Positions 42,826 to 52,337 are shown, counted from the stretch's first letter. The stretch: 64,000 nt of DNA from an uncultured Anaerolinea sp. (GCA_964416275.1 CAYQDU010000001.1:6830-70829), one strand, 5' to 3'. Notes: generated by a model not told the origin, from the letters alone. Made by a program: numbers and translations.

Positions 42826-44031
42826 ATGATGATTGCGAATAACGATCCTACCCGCGATGCGGTGATTGTGGCCGCCACGCGTACCGCGGTGGGCAAGGCC
42901 AAGCGCGGTAGCCTGGCGACCACCCGCCCCGATGAGATGGCCGCCGCCGTGATCCGCGAGCTGCTGCGGCGCACCCCAGCGCTGAACCCCGGCGAGATCG
43001 ACGACTACGTGCTGGGCTGCGCCTTCCCGGAAGGCGAGCAGGGTATGAACATGGCCCGCATGGTGGCCCTGCGGGCCGGCCTGCCGGTGGAAGTAGCCGC
43101 CGAGACGGTCAACCGCTTCTGCTCATCGGGCCTGCAGAGCATTGCCCATGCCGCCTATTCGATTATGGCCGGGCAGACCCAGGCCGCCATCGCCGCCGGG
43201 GCCGAGTCGATGAGCATGGTGCCGATGACTGGCTTTCACTTCGCGCCCATGCCCTACCTGGCCGAAAACCAGCCCCAGGCCTTTACCAATATGGGCCTGA
43301 CGGCCGAGAACGTGGCCGCCCAATACGGCGTCAGCCGGGCAGACCAGGACGCCTTCGCCCTGCGCAGCCACCAGCGGGCGGCCAAAGCCGTGGAGAGCGG
43401 CCTGTTCGACCCCGAAATTACGCCCCTGGAAGTCTGTACGGTCGAACTGGGGCCGGAAGGGCGGCGGCGTGAAAAGACCTTTGTCTTCAAGCGCGACGAA
43501 GGCCCGCGCGCCGACACCAGCCTGGAAGCCCTGGCCAGGCTCAAACCGGCCTTCAAGGAGGGCGGCAGCGTGACCGCCGGTAATTCGTCGCAGATGTCGG
43601 ATGGGGCGGCGGGGGTGATTATCCTGTCGCGGGCCAAGGCCGAGAGCCTGGGCCTGAAGCCGCTGGCCCGCTTTGTCAGCTTTGCGGTGGGCGGCGTGCC
43701 GCCGGAAGTGATGGGCATTGGCCCCATCGCGGCCGTACCGAAGGCCCTCAAGATCGCCGGGCTGTCGCTGCGCGAGATCGGCCTGATCGAACTGAACGAA
43801 GCCTTTGCCGCCCAGGGCCTGGCGGTGATGCGCACGCTAGAAATGGACCCGGAGATCACCAATGTCAATGGTGGGGCGATTGCCCTGGGTCACCCCCTGG
43901 GCTGCACCGGCTCGAAATTGACCACCCAGTTGATCTATGAGATGAAACGCCGCAGCGTGCAGTTCGGCATGGTTACGATGTGCATCGGCGGCGGTATGGG
44001 CGCAGCCGGTATCTTTGAGAACCTGAACTGA
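42826..44031 (+). CDS. Acetyl-CoA C-acyltransferase (thiolase)
   Basis: SD AGGAGG (17-22 of 428xx); the start is ATG 42826 or 42829. Active-site Cys NRFCSSGLQSI. C-terminal NGGAIALGHPLGCTGSKL, MCIGGGMGAAGIFE. Confidence 0.9.
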   Translation: MMIANNDPTRDAVIVAATRTAVGKAKRGSLATTRPDEMAAAVIRELLRRTPALNPGEIDDYVLGCAFPEGEQGMNMARMVALRAGLPVEVAAETVNRFCSSGLQSIAHAAYSIMAGQTQAAIAAGAESMSMVPMTGFHFAPMPYLAENQPQAFTNMGLTAENVAAQYGVSRADQDAFALRSHQRAAKAVESGLFDPEITPLEVCTVELGPEGRRREKTFVFKRDEGPRADTSLEALARLKPAFKEGGSVTAGNSSQMSDGAAGVIILSRAKAESLGLKPLARFVSFAVGGVPPEVMGIGPIAAVPKALKIAGLSLREIGLIELNEAFAAQGLAVMRTLEMDPEITNVNGGAIALGHPLGCTGSKLTTQLIYEMKRRSVQFGMVTMCIGGGMGAAGIFENLN

Positions 44032-44047
44032 TTAAGGAGATGACAGC

Positions 44048-44380
44048 ATGGCCGATATTCCCGTCAAGACCCTGGTATACAACCATGAGAAGTTCTTTCT
44101 GCCCGAAGTGGCCGGCGATCTGGATGCGGTGATCCAATACTGCCTGACCGGCGAGGAAGCAGGCGACTATATCATTACCATTAAAGACGGCCAGTGCAAG
44201 GTGGCGGAAGGGCTCGCCCATAACCCCACCGTGACCCTGACCGCCGACGGGCGCGACTTCGCCGATGTGCTGATGGGCCGCGCCAATGGGATGCAGTATT
44301 TCATGACCGGCAAGATCAAGCTGGCCGGCGACCTGAACATGGCGATGAAGCTGACCAGCTTCTTCAACATGGGCGGGTAG
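44048..44380 (+). CDS. SCP2 sterol-carrier-like domain protein
   Basis: 110-aa ORF after SD AAGGAG. SCP2 pattern DAVIQYCLTG...ITIKDGQCKV...FMTGKIKLAGDLNMAMKL. Confidence 0.75.
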   Translation: MADIPVKTLVYNHEKFFLPEVAGDLDAVIQYCLTGEEAGDYIITIKDGQCKVAEGLAHNPTVTLTADGRDFADVLMGRANGMQYFMTGKIKLAGDLNMAMKLTSFFNMGG

Positions 44381-44384
44381 ATAT

Positions 44385-44510
44385 TACGTGGATTTTGGCG
44401 CACGCAGTGCGCCAAAATCCACAATTAACCATCTTTCCAGGCGAGCGAAGCTCGCCAGCCACGCCTACCACAGCCGGGTTTGCGGGCGGCTGCGCCGCCG
44501 CAAACCCGGC
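44385..44510. repeat. Intergenic mosaic of hairpin modules between convergent genes
   Basis: Hairpin GTGGATTTTGGCGCAC-gca-GTGCGCCAAAATCCAC (44388-44422), a T-to-G stem change compensated by A-to-C. GGCGAGC-gaa-GCTCGCC module. GC hairpin CCGGGTTTGCGG...CCGCAAACCCGG (44474-44509). Confidence 0.65.
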
Positions 44511-44524
44511 TATAGATCCAATCC

Positions 44525-45295
44525 TTATGGCAAGGGCTGCCAGTTGATGTCGGTGGGGATGATCCGGCGGGTGTTGGCCGAGAAGGAAATGGTGTAAAAG
44601 CCGTTCGTAGCCGAGCCGACCAGGAAGATGAAGTAGGCATAGCTGCTGCGGGTCTGGAGCAGCATGGGCCCATTCAGGGTGGTCACTCCGCTGGCGTCGG
44701 TGAACCAGACTTTCCACTTCCCCGACTTGCCCAGGAAGCTCAGCATCTGCCCGTTGCCCAGGTCGTTGGCGATCACGTCGGCTTTGCGCAGATAGGGGCG
44801 GGCGAACACGTCGATGGCCGCCAGGGAGGTGGTGTTGGCGATATTGAAACGCGCTTTGCCGTTGTTGTTGGTGGTGCGGGTGAGATTGACCCGGAACGAC
44901 GAAAGCGCCAGCCCGCCCCCGGCCCCCAGGTGGGCGACGATGTTATAGGCTCCGTTGTCGATCAGATACAGGTTGGTTTCCAACAGCGGGGTGGTGCTGC
45001 ACGGATTGGCCAGGTTAGCGACCGAATAGCGCACGCGGAAGTTGCCCGATGGCAGGCGATACGGTCCGGCCACATTCATAAACATCGTGTTTTTGACGAT
45101 GCAGCCAACCCCTTCTACCCAGATATCCAGCGGATATTGCGATACAGTATTGCCCATATCCAGGCCATTGACGCCGTGAACTAGCCAGATCAGAGCGGTC
45201 GGGCCGTCGGGCGCAGCCTGCGCGCCTCCGGGGAAGACCCCGCCGGCCAGCACAGCCAGAATCAGAGCGATCATAAGCGATGTTTTCTTGAGCAT
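44525..45295 (-). CDS. Secreted protein, DUF4397-like
   Basis: Signal peptide MLKKTSLMIALILAVLAGGVFPGGAQA. Repeated pattern resembling DUF4397 (LIWLVHGVNG...LDIWVEG; YNIVAHLG). The family call is tentative. Confidence 0.5.
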   Translation of the reverse strand: MLKKTSLMIALILAVLAGGVFPGGAQAAPDGPTALIWLVHGVNGLDMGNTVSQYPLDIWVEGVGCIVKNTMFMNVAGPYRLPSGNFRVRYSVANLANPCSTTPLLETNLYLIDNGAYNIVAHLGAGGGLALSSFRVNLTRTTNNNGKARFNIANTTSLAAIDVFARPYLRKADVIANDLGNGQMLSFLGKSGKWKVWFTDASGVTTLNGPMLLQTRSSYAYFIFLVGSATNGFYTISFSANTRRIIPTDINWQPLP

Positions 45296-45352
45296 CCGGT
45301 TCCTCCAAAAATGGTATTGGGGCTATTGTATCAGACAAATGCGCGCTGTCCG

Positions 45353-45398
45353 GCTTCGCCGGGAAAGAGGATTAATCATACCTCTTTCCCGGCGAAGC
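45353..45398. repeat. 18-bp-arm inverted repeat built from the GAAAGAGGATTAAT module
   Basis: GCTTCGCCGGGAAAGAGG-attaatcata-CCTCTTTCCCGGCGAAGC. Confidence 0.6.
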
Positions 45399-45437
45399 GG
45401 CAGCGCTCTACGAAACCGGGGTGGGGTTGCTGTATGT

Positions 45438-46382
45438 CTAGCGCAGAATACCCGAGCAGGAGACGACCCGGGTAGAAGTTCTGCGCTTCCAGGGTTTGTC
45501 GTTGATCTCGATGGCGCAGCTCAACGCCTGGCGCGAATCAAGCAGTTGAGCGCTGACGATGGCAATACTGCCGGCCGGCATTTCCATGCTGGCCGACCAG
45601 GGCAAATAGACTTTTTTGCTCACCTGCTTGCCCTGGTTGTTGTAATATGTCACCTGGGCTGCGCCGGAACCTTCCAGGCGATAGGTTAGCTTGTAGCTGC
45701 CGCCTTCTGGAACCGCAAAATCGGCCGGAAAGTCGCCCGACGCGCCGGGTAATCGGCTGGCGAGCTGACCGCCGCCGTAGACAAACGCGCCGTACCCGCA
45801 GATGCAGCAGGCCGCTAAGACCGTGACGGCAATGACAAGGATGCCAAAGAAATCTCGTTTTTGTTTGGGCTTTGTCGGCAGCGGTTTTTTAGAAATCTTT
45901 TGGCTGGCTTTGGATTCCGGGGCGGGCGCTTCTACCACGCCGGGGATGGCGGGCGGCACGTAGGTGGACGGAAATGCTGGAACCGGCTCGCTGGCGTACG
46001 ACAGGCCCGGCGCCGGCCCCAGGGGGATGTTGACGTCGGCGTCGGCCAGCCAGGGCGGCAGGGTGGGCTTGACTGGCGGGCTGGCCGGTGGGCTGGCCGG
46101 CGGGCTGGCCGGAGCGGGCGCTGCGCCGGGCGTCCAGGTTCCTGCCGCCAGGGCCTCCAGGCGTTGGCGGGCCTTGGCGTTGGCAGGGTCGATCTCCAGT
46201 ACTTTTTGCAGGCAAAATTTGGCCCGTTCGGGCTGCTCTACCACCTGGCTGAGCAAATACCAGGCCCGGGCCTCGCGCGGCGATTGGCGCACCAGGTCGG
46301 CCAGCAGGCTGCGGGCCGCGGCCGGGTCGCCGCTGCGGGCGGCCTGGATGGCCTGAGAGAAAAGTTCATCGAGTGTGGGCAT
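45438..46382 (-). CDS. TPR - Pro-rich linker - single TM - MmpS-like C-terminal domain protein
   Basis: N-terminal TPR-like AWYLLSQVVEQPERAKFCLQKVLEIDPANAKARQRL. TM FFGILVIAVTVLAACCICGYGAFVY. C-terminus YKLTYRLEGSGAAQVTYYNNQGKQVSKKVYLPWSASMEM...SCAIEINDKPW...VSC resembles MmpS domains (tentative). Confidence 0.55.
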   Translation of the reverse strand: MPTLDELFSQAIQAARSGDPAAARSLLADLVRQSPREARAWYLLSQVVEQPERAKFCLQKVLEIDPANAKARQRLEALAAGTWTPGAAPAPASPPASPPASPPVKPTLPPWLADADVNIPLGPAPGLSYASEPVPAFPSTYVPPAIPGVVEAPAPESKASQKISKKPLPTKPKQKRDFFGILVIAVTVLAACCICGYGAFVYGGGQLASRLPGASGDFPADFAVPEGGSYKLTYRLEGSGAAQVTYYNNQGKQVSKKVYLPWSASMEMPAGSIAIVSAQLLDSRQALSCAIEINDKPWKRRTSTRVVSCSGILR

Positions 46383-46403
46383 AAGTCCTCTTCGGGGGGC
46401 CTG

Positions 46404-46949
46404 TCATCCGGCCTGGTGTTGGCGCTCGTCGTGGGTGGCCTCGTCGATCACGATGCACACCGCGATAATCAGAGCGTCGTCCAGGCCGGGCAGCACGTCG
46501 ATGCCGTAGGTGTCGGTCAGGCTGAACCAGCGTTTCGAGATCTGCGCGATGCGCTGCCCGCCCTGGTAGATGGCGTATTCGTGATCCCAAAAGTTGCCGC
46601 GCACTTCCCAATCTTCGGCTCCGGGGCGGGCCACGCTGAACTGATCGCCCAGCAGGTTGATCCAGGCTTTGCGCACGGTGGCGATCGTTTGCCCGCGGCG
46701 ATAGATGTCCATTGTCTCGCGCAGGGCCAGGCGGCGCTCTTTGATGGTGGCCGCTTCATTCCCGTGCAGGTCTTGCATCACGAAGGTTTCGCGCAGGGCC
46801 AGGATTTTGCCATCCACAAAAAAAGCCCGCTGTCCGTCGGCGGTTTCGACGTAAAAATCCTTGCCAATCGAGACCAGGCGCTGGCGAATTTTATAGCGGT
46901 TAGCCGGGGTCGGGTCGGAAGCAGACCGGGCGTCGTCGTTCGGGCGCAT
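46404..46949 (-). CDS. LURP-one-related/DUF567 (tubby C-terminal-like) protein
   Basis: YKIRQRLVSIGKDFYVETADGQRAFFVDGKILALRETFVMQDLHGNEAATIKERRLALRETMDIY pattern. Confidence 0.55.
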   Translation of the reverse strand: MRPNDDARSASDPTPANRYKIRQRLVSIGKDFYVETADGQRAFFVDGKILALRETFVMQDLHGNEAATIKERRLALRETMDIYRRGQTIATVRKAWINLLGDQFSVARPGAEDWEVRGNFWDHEYAIYQGGQRIAQISKRWFSLTDTYGIDVLPGLDDALIIAVCIVIDEATHDERQHQAG

Positions 46950-47028
46950 GCAAGCTCCTTGATCCTAAATATTGTATCGCAAGTTCACACCAAGCATACG
47001 AAAATTTGCGTGAAGAAGTTGCGCCCGG

Positions 47029-48129
47029 CTATGGCTGGATCGCCGGCAGGAGGTAGTTTTCGATCAATTGGAACTCCACTTCGTGATCCACCCCGTTGGC
47101 GGTGAACACGACCACCAGGTCCTGGTCGGGGATGACGGCAATCATCTGGCCGTTCCGGCCCAGGGCGGCGTAGCCGTGCATCGACGGGCGCAGCCACCAG
47201 TGGTAGCCGTAACTCAGCCGGGGGTTATCGGTGACCGCCACGTGTTCGGCGACGGCCGTCTTCACCCAGGCTGAAGAGATCACCGGCCGCCCGTCCCAAT
47301 TGCCCGCGTGCAGGTAGAGCTGTCCCAGGCGGGCCAGGTCGTGCGGGGTGAGCTGCAAGCCCCACCCGCCGATGGGCTGTCCCTGCGAGTCTTCCAGCCA
47401 TTCGGCGTCGCGAATGCCGATGGGGTCGAACAGGAACTGGCGGGCAAAGGACAGGGCGTCCATGCCGGTGGCCTTTTGCAGGATGACCGAGAGCAGGTGC
47501 GAGCAGCCCGTGCAGTAATTGAAGCGCTTTCCAGGCGGCTCCACACTAGGCAGGTCAAGCATAAAGCTGGCCCAATCGGGGCTGGGGTAGAGGCGGTTGA
47601 TATCATCCTCGCTCCACTTCAGCCCGCTCGACATGGTGAGGATGTCTTCCAGGCGGAGGGCGTCTTTTTCGGGCGAGGGGTTGGCGAAGGTTTGATCGGG
47701 GAAGAACGTCAGCGCTTTCTCGTCCAGGCCGGCGATAAAGCCCTGGTCGATGGCGATGCCAACCAGGGTGGCAATGAAGCTCTTGGTGACAGAGTAGACT
47801 TCCAGCCGGTCATTGGGGCCGCGCGAGCCAAAATATTCATCGACCACTGCCTGGCCGCGGCGCACCACCATCAGGCTGGACAGGTTGGGGGCCTGCCGGC
47901 GAGCGGCTTTGACCAGGGCCTGCACCTGGGCGGGGTCCAGCCCCACCGCCTGCGGGGAGGCGATGGGCCAGGCGTCGCCGGGCCAGGCTGGCGCGGGGGT
48001 CTGCGGGCGGAGCGTGGCTGGGGCGGCGGCCGACGGCGCCGGAAGACCCGGCCCCGCCGGGGGCATGCACCCGGCCATCCCTCCCGCCAGCAGGCACAGC
48101 AGGAACAGTATTTGACCGATTCGTTTCAT
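47029..48129 (-). CDS. Serine hydrolase (class C beta-lactamase / PBP family), probable lipoprotein
   Basis: SxxK motif YSVTKSF. ATG 48129 gives the lipoprotein signal MKRIGQILFLLCLLAGGMAGC. The track start 48180 is an alternative. Confidence 0.75.
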   Translation of the reverse strand: MKRIGQILFLLCLLAGGMAGCMPPAGPGLPAPSAAAPATLRPQTPAPAWPGDAWPIASPQAVGLDPAQVQALVKAARRQAPNLSSLMVVRRGQAVVDEYFGSRGPNDRLEVYSVTKSFIATLVGIAIDQGFIAGLDEKALTFFPDQTFANPSPEKDALRLEDILTMSSGLKWSEDDINRLYPSPDWASFMLDLPSVEPPGKRFNYCTGCSHLLSVILQKATGMDALSFARQFLFDPIGIRDAEWLEDSQGQPIGGWGLQLTPHDLARLGQLYLHAGNWDGRPVISSAWVKTAVAEHVAVTDNPRLSYGYHWWLRPSMHGYAALGRNGQMIAVIPDQDLVVVFTANGVDHEVEFQLIENYLLPAIQP

Positions 48130-48196
48130 GGCTGGATCCAATGTGTGTTTCCCGGTTCTTCCGCGCTGGGGGCGGAACATTTCCTCCGGCGTGGTT

Positions 48197-50365
48197 TTAT
48201 GGCTGGCTCAGATAGTACAGGCGGAGGAGCTTTAGCTCGTCGTAGTTCACCGCCTCGCCCAGGGCGTCGAAGACCGGGCGCAGGCGCTCGGCGCCCAGGC
48301 TGGCGAACGCTTGCAGGCCGGCCTGTTTTTGGTCTTCGGACAGGGCGGAAGCGGCCAGGAATTCATCGCTGCGGCGCAGGGGGTGGCCGTCTTGTGCGAA
48401 GCGGGTCAGGTGGTCGAGGATGGTGGTGAGCTGCACCTGGTAGCGTTCAGCCAACTGGGCCAGCGTGTACCCGGCGTTGAAGGCTTCGCCCACCTCATCC
48501 TGCCGGCCGCCGGCGGAGGCCTGGGTGCTGCGCTCACGCTTGGGGGTGGAGCGTGGGCGCTCGGCCAGGCCGCGCTCTTGGCAGTAGGCCGTAATGACCG
48601 TCAGAAAAGCCTGGCCGTAATGCTCCAGCTTCACCTGGCCCACCCCGCTGATCTGAAGCAGGCTGGCTTCGCTTTGCGGATAGTAGGCCGCCATCTCGAC
48701 CAGGGTGCGATCCGAGAAGATCACGTAGGGCGGCAGGCCGGCGGCTTCGGCCAGGGCTTTGCGCGTCTGGCGCAGCCGGTCGAACAGGGCCGGGTCGTGT
48801 TCGATCTCGCCGGCCTGGCGGGCGGCTGGCGCTGGCAGCGCCTCGGCCTGGAGCTGGCCGAAGATGGGCGTGCGGGCGCGCAAGATTTCGACCGCCTGGG
48901 GCGTGAGGCTGAGCGTGCTGTGCTGTTCGTCAAGCTCCAGCAAGCCCTTCTGCACCAACTGCCGCCCGATGTGCAGCCATTGATTGCGGCTCAGGTCTTT
49001 GCCGATGCCGTAGGTGGACAGGTTTTGATGTTCGAATTTCAGCACCTTCTGATTTTCAGAGCCGAGCAGTACATCTACGATGTGACTCGCGCCAAAGCGT
49101 TCGCCGGCGCGCTTGACGCACGAAAGGAACTTCTGGGCTGGGATGGTGATGTCTACCTGGGTCTTCTGCCCACCCAGGCAGTTATCGCACATGCCGCAGT
49201 TTTCGGTGGTGTAGGTTTCGCCAAAGTAGGCCAGCAGGGGCCTGCGGCGGCATACGTCGCTCTCGGCGTAGCGGGTAAGGGCTTGAAGCTGCTGGTTGGC
49301 GGCCAACTGGCCCTGCTCGTCCTTCTGGTCGATGAAATGGCGCTGTTTATGCACATCACCATAGCTGTAGAGCAGCAGGCAGGTGGCGGGCAGGCCATCT
49401 CGCCCGGCCCGGCCCATCTCCTGGTAATAGCCTTCAATGCTCTTGGGCAGGTCGGAGTGGATGATGAAGCGCACGTTGGGCTTGTTGATGCCCATGCCGA
49501 AGGCGATGGTGGCGACGATGATCTGGATGTCGTCGCGGATGAAGGCTTCCTGGTTGCGGAAGCGGGTGGCTTCGTCCAGCCCGGCGTGATAGGGGCGGGC
49601 GGCGTAGCCCTGGTGAGCCAGGGTCTCCGCCAGGTTTTCGGCCCCCTGGCGCGAGAAGCAGTAGATAATCCCAGCCTGGTCTTTGAAGCGTTCCAAGAAT
49701 TGGAGCGTCTGGCGGGTGGGGCTGCGCTTGGCCTGGACTTCGATCAGCAGGTTTTCGCGGTTGAAGCTGGCGACGAACTCGTTCGAGTCGGCAAAGTGCA
49801 GGCTGGTTTTGATGTCTTGCCGGACGCGCGGCGTGGCGGTGGCGGTCAGGGCCAGGCAGACCGCCTCCGGGAAGCGGTTGCGCACGGCCACCAGCTGGCG
49901 GTATTCGGGCCGGAAATCGTGGCCCCATTCCGAGATGCAGTGAGCCTCGTCGATGGTCAGACAGTCGGGCTTCACCTTTGCCAGCAGGTCAAACAGGCGG
50001 GGGGTGAGCAGGGTTTCGGGGGCCACGTAGAGCAGCCTGACCTGCCCCTGGCGCACCCGTTCCATGTTGGCGGCGTAGTCGGGAAAAGCCAGCGAGCTGT
50101 TCAGGAACACGGCCGGCACGCCCAGCTCGCGCATCTGATCCACCTGGTCTTTCATCAGGGCAATCAGCGGCGAGACGACCACCGTCAGGCCGGGAAAGAT
50201 CAGGGCTGGCAGCTGGTAGCACAGCGATTTGCCGCCCCCGGTAGGCATCACCGCCAGGGTGTCGCGTTTCTGTAAGACGTTATCGATGACTTCGCGCTGG
50301 AGCGGCTTGAAGGTGTCGTAGCCAAAGACCTGCTTCAGCAGCGTTTGAGGTTGCGTGGATGTCAT
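48197..50365 (-). CDS. recQ: ATP-dependent DNA helicase RecQ
   Basis: VFGYDTFKPLQREVI, motif I MPTGGGKSLCYQLPA, DEAH box TIDEAHCISEWGHDFRPEY, zinc-binding/RQC Cys cluster, HRDC region, plus an extra C-terminal helical domain. Confidence 0.9.
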   Translation of the reverse strand: MTSTQPQTLLKQVFGYDTFKPLQREVIDNVLQKRDTLAVMPTGGGKSLCYQLPALIFPGLTVVVSPLIALMKDQVDQMRELGVPAVFLNSSLAFPDYAANMERVRQGQVRLLYVAPETLLTPRLFDLLAKVKPDCLTIDEAHCISEWGHDFRPEYRQLVAVRNRFPEAVCLALTATATPRVRQDIKTSLHFADSNEFVASFNRENLLIEVQAKRSPTRQTLQFLERFKDQAGIIYCFSRQGAENLAETLAHQGYAARPYHAGLDEATRFRNQEAFIRDDIQIIVATIAFGMGINKPNVRFIIHSDLPKSIEGYYQEMGRAGRDGLPATCLLLYSYGDVHKQRHFIDQKDEQGQLAANQQLQALTRYAESDVCRRRPLLAYFGETYTTENCGMCDNCLGGQKTQVDITIPAQKFLSCVKRAGERFGASHIVDVLLGSENQKVLKFEHQNLSTYGIGKDLSRNQWLHIGRQLVQKGLLELDEQHSTLSLTPQAVEILRARTPIFGQLQAEALPAPAARQAGEIEHDPALFDRLRQTRKALAEAAGLPPYVIFSDRTLVEMAAYYPQSEASLLQISGVGQVKLEHYGQAFLTVITAYCQERGLAERPRSTPKRERSTQASAGGRQDEVGEAFNAGYTLAQLAERYQVQLTTILDHLTRFAQDGHPLRRSDEFLAASALSEDQKQAGLQAFASLGAERLRPVFDALGEAVNYDELKLLRLYYLSQP

Positions 50366-50372
50366 AGGGAAA

Positions 50373-50378
50373 ATTATA
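50373..50378 (-). promoter_or_regulatory. Candidate -10 element giving a leaderless recQ mRNA
   Basis: Perfect TATAAT (minus strand), 7 nt (TTTCCCT), then ATG 50365. No SD. Confidence 0.35.
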
Positions 50379-50519
50379 ATCGAATGGTGAATTTACCAGG
50401 CGATACCTGGGCATCCAGAACTGAAAAAGCCGCGGGGAGTGTAAGCCGCCGCGCAGCCCACACTCCCCGCCTGTCGCCGGAGATTACTCTAACCTGGCCC
50501 TGGCCCTGTCATCCGCCCG

Positions 50520-51470
50520 TCAGGGCTGGGCGGTGGGTTTCTGCTGCGCCAGCCACAGCGCCGAGCTGGGGATGAACAGCGATTGCCCGAAGTCGGCCTT
50601 GCCGAACTCGGCGATCTTTTCCTGAACCGGCACGGAGATAAGCCAATCGATAAACTTGTTGGCCGAGTCCTTCTGGATGTCGGGGCTTTTATCGGGGTTG
50701 ACTGCAATCACGCCGTAGGGGTTGAGCAGGTCTTTGTCGCCTTCCATCAAGATCGCCAGCTTCAGGCCGGTCTTGGTGCGGGCCAGGTAGGTGGCCCGGT
50801 CGCTGAGGGTGTAGGCCTGCTGCTCTTCGGCCATGGTCAGTACTTCGCCCATGCCCTGCCCGGCCGAGATGTACCACTCGCCAGTCGGCTCGATGGCGGC
50901 TTTCTTCCAGATGCCCAGTTCTTTGGTATGCGTGCCAGACTGGTCGCCGCGCGAAATGAACGGGCTTTTCGTCTCGGCAATCTTCTTGAGGGCCTCCACC
51001 GCGGTCGATAGGCCCTTGACTCCGGCCGGGTCGCTCTCCGGGCCGACGATGATGAAGTCGTTATACATCACGTCTTCGCGGCGGCTGCCATGCCCGGCTT
51101 TCATGAACTCGTCTTCTTTGGCGCGGGCGTGTACCAGCAGCACATCGGCGTTGCCATCTTCACCCAGCTTGAGGGCCTGCCCGGTGCCGACCGCGATGAC
51201 TTCCACCTTCAGGCCGGTCTCTTTCTCGAACATAGGCAGCAGGTAGTCCAACAGGCCCGAATCCTGGGTGCTGGTGGTGGTGGCTAGAATCAGCTTGCCG
51301 GCGGCGTGAGCCGGGGCGGTGGGGGCGGCGGTAGCCGCGGCGGGGGGGGCGGTCTTGGCAGGCGCCTCAGTTTTGGCCGGGGCCTGGGGCGCGGCCGTGG
51401 GCGCTGCGCAGGCGCCTAGCACAAAGGCTGCCAGCAGCAGCACGGTCAACAGTTGGGTAATCTTCTTCAT
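50520..51470 (-). CDS. tupA: Tungstate/oxyanion ABC transporter substrate-binding lipoprotein (TupA-like)
   Basis: ATG 51470 gives the lipoprotein signal MKKITQLLTVLLLAAFVLGAC. TupA-type anion-binding motif LATTTSTQDSGLLDYLLP. Confidence 0.7.
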   Translation of the reverse strand: MKKITQLLTVLLLAAFVLGACAAPTAAPQAPAKTEAPAKTAPPAAATAAPTAPAHAAGKLILATTTSTQDSGLLDYLLPMFEKETGLKVEVIAVGTGQALKLGEDGNADVLLVHARAKEDEFMKAGHGSRREDVMYNDFIIVGPESDPAGVKGLSTAVEALKKIAETKSPFISRGDQSGTHTKELGIWKKAAIEPTGEWYISAGQGMGEVLTMAEEQQAYTLSDRATYLARTKTGLKLAILMEGDKDLLNPYGVIAVNPDKSPDIQKDSANKFIDWLISVPVQEKIAEFGKADFGQSLFIPSSALWLAQQKPTAQP

Positions 51471-51602
51471 ATTTCTCTCCTCTTCTATGAATGATGGGTC
51501 TTCCGGCTTTGCCGGGAAAACTTCCTGGGGGGCGCAGCCATCCGCCAACCCCCCAATCGGGAACAAACCCCGCCTACAGCGGCCTGGACGGCGGTCCCTG
51601 CC

Positions 51603-52337
51603 TCAATAGACCATCTCGCCGTTGGCGAAGGCCAGCGTACGCGGGTCGGTTGGGGCGGCAAAGAACTGTTCGGTGGCGGCGGTTTCGATGAGCTTGCCGT
51701 TGAGCATAAACGCCACCCGCTGCGCCAGGCGATGGGCTTGAAAGACGTTGTGCGTCACCACCACCACGGTGGCCCCCTGCTCCTGGTTCACCTGGCGCAC
51801 GATCGACTCGATCAGCCCCACGTTGTAGGGGTCGAGGTTGGCGGTCGGCTCGTCGAGCAGCAGAACCTCAGGCTGGATGACGATGGCGCGCGCCAGGGCT
51901 ACCCGCTGAGCCTCGCCGCCCGAAAGCGAGCGAGCCGGCTGGCGGGCCAGGGCTTCCAGCCCCACCTGCCGCAAACGGGCCTGGACAGTTGCGCTGTCAT
52001 CGCGCTGGCCGCGCAGGCGCAGCCCATAGGCCACGTTATCCCACACGCTGCGGTCGAGCAGCATGGGGCGCTGGAAGACGGTGGTCACCCGGCGGCGCAG
52101 TTCCAGCGGCATATCCTGCCCAGCGGCGAAGCGGGCCCCATCGAACTCCATCCAGCCGGCGCTGGGCGGTTCGAGGAAATTGAGCAGGCGCAGCAGGGTG
52201 CTTTTACCGGCCCCGCTTGGCCCCACCAGGGCCAGGATTTCACCCCGCCGGATGTCGAGCGCATCGACCGCCAGCACCCGGCGGCCCTGGTAGTCTTTCT
52301 GCAGGCCTTCCAGGTGATAGTGAACCGGGTTATTCAT
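51603..52337 (-). CDS. ABC transporter ATP-binding protein (TupC-like)
   Basis: Walker A GPSGAGKST, signature LSGGEAQRVALARA, Walker B LLLDEPTANLD. Overlaps the permease gene by 8 nt. Confidence 0.85.
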   Translation of the reverse strand: MNNPVHYHLEGLQKDYQGRRVLAVDALDIRRGEILALVGPSGAGKSTLLRLLNFLEPPSAGWMEFDGARFAAGQDMPLELRRRVTTVFQRPMLLDRSVWDNVAYGLRLRGQRDDSATVQARLRQVGLEALARQPARSLSGGEAQRVALARAIVIQPEVLLLDEPTANLDPYNVGLIESIVRQVNQEQGATVVVVTHNVFQAHRLAQRVAFMLNGKLIETAATEQFFAAPTDPRTLAFANGEMVY

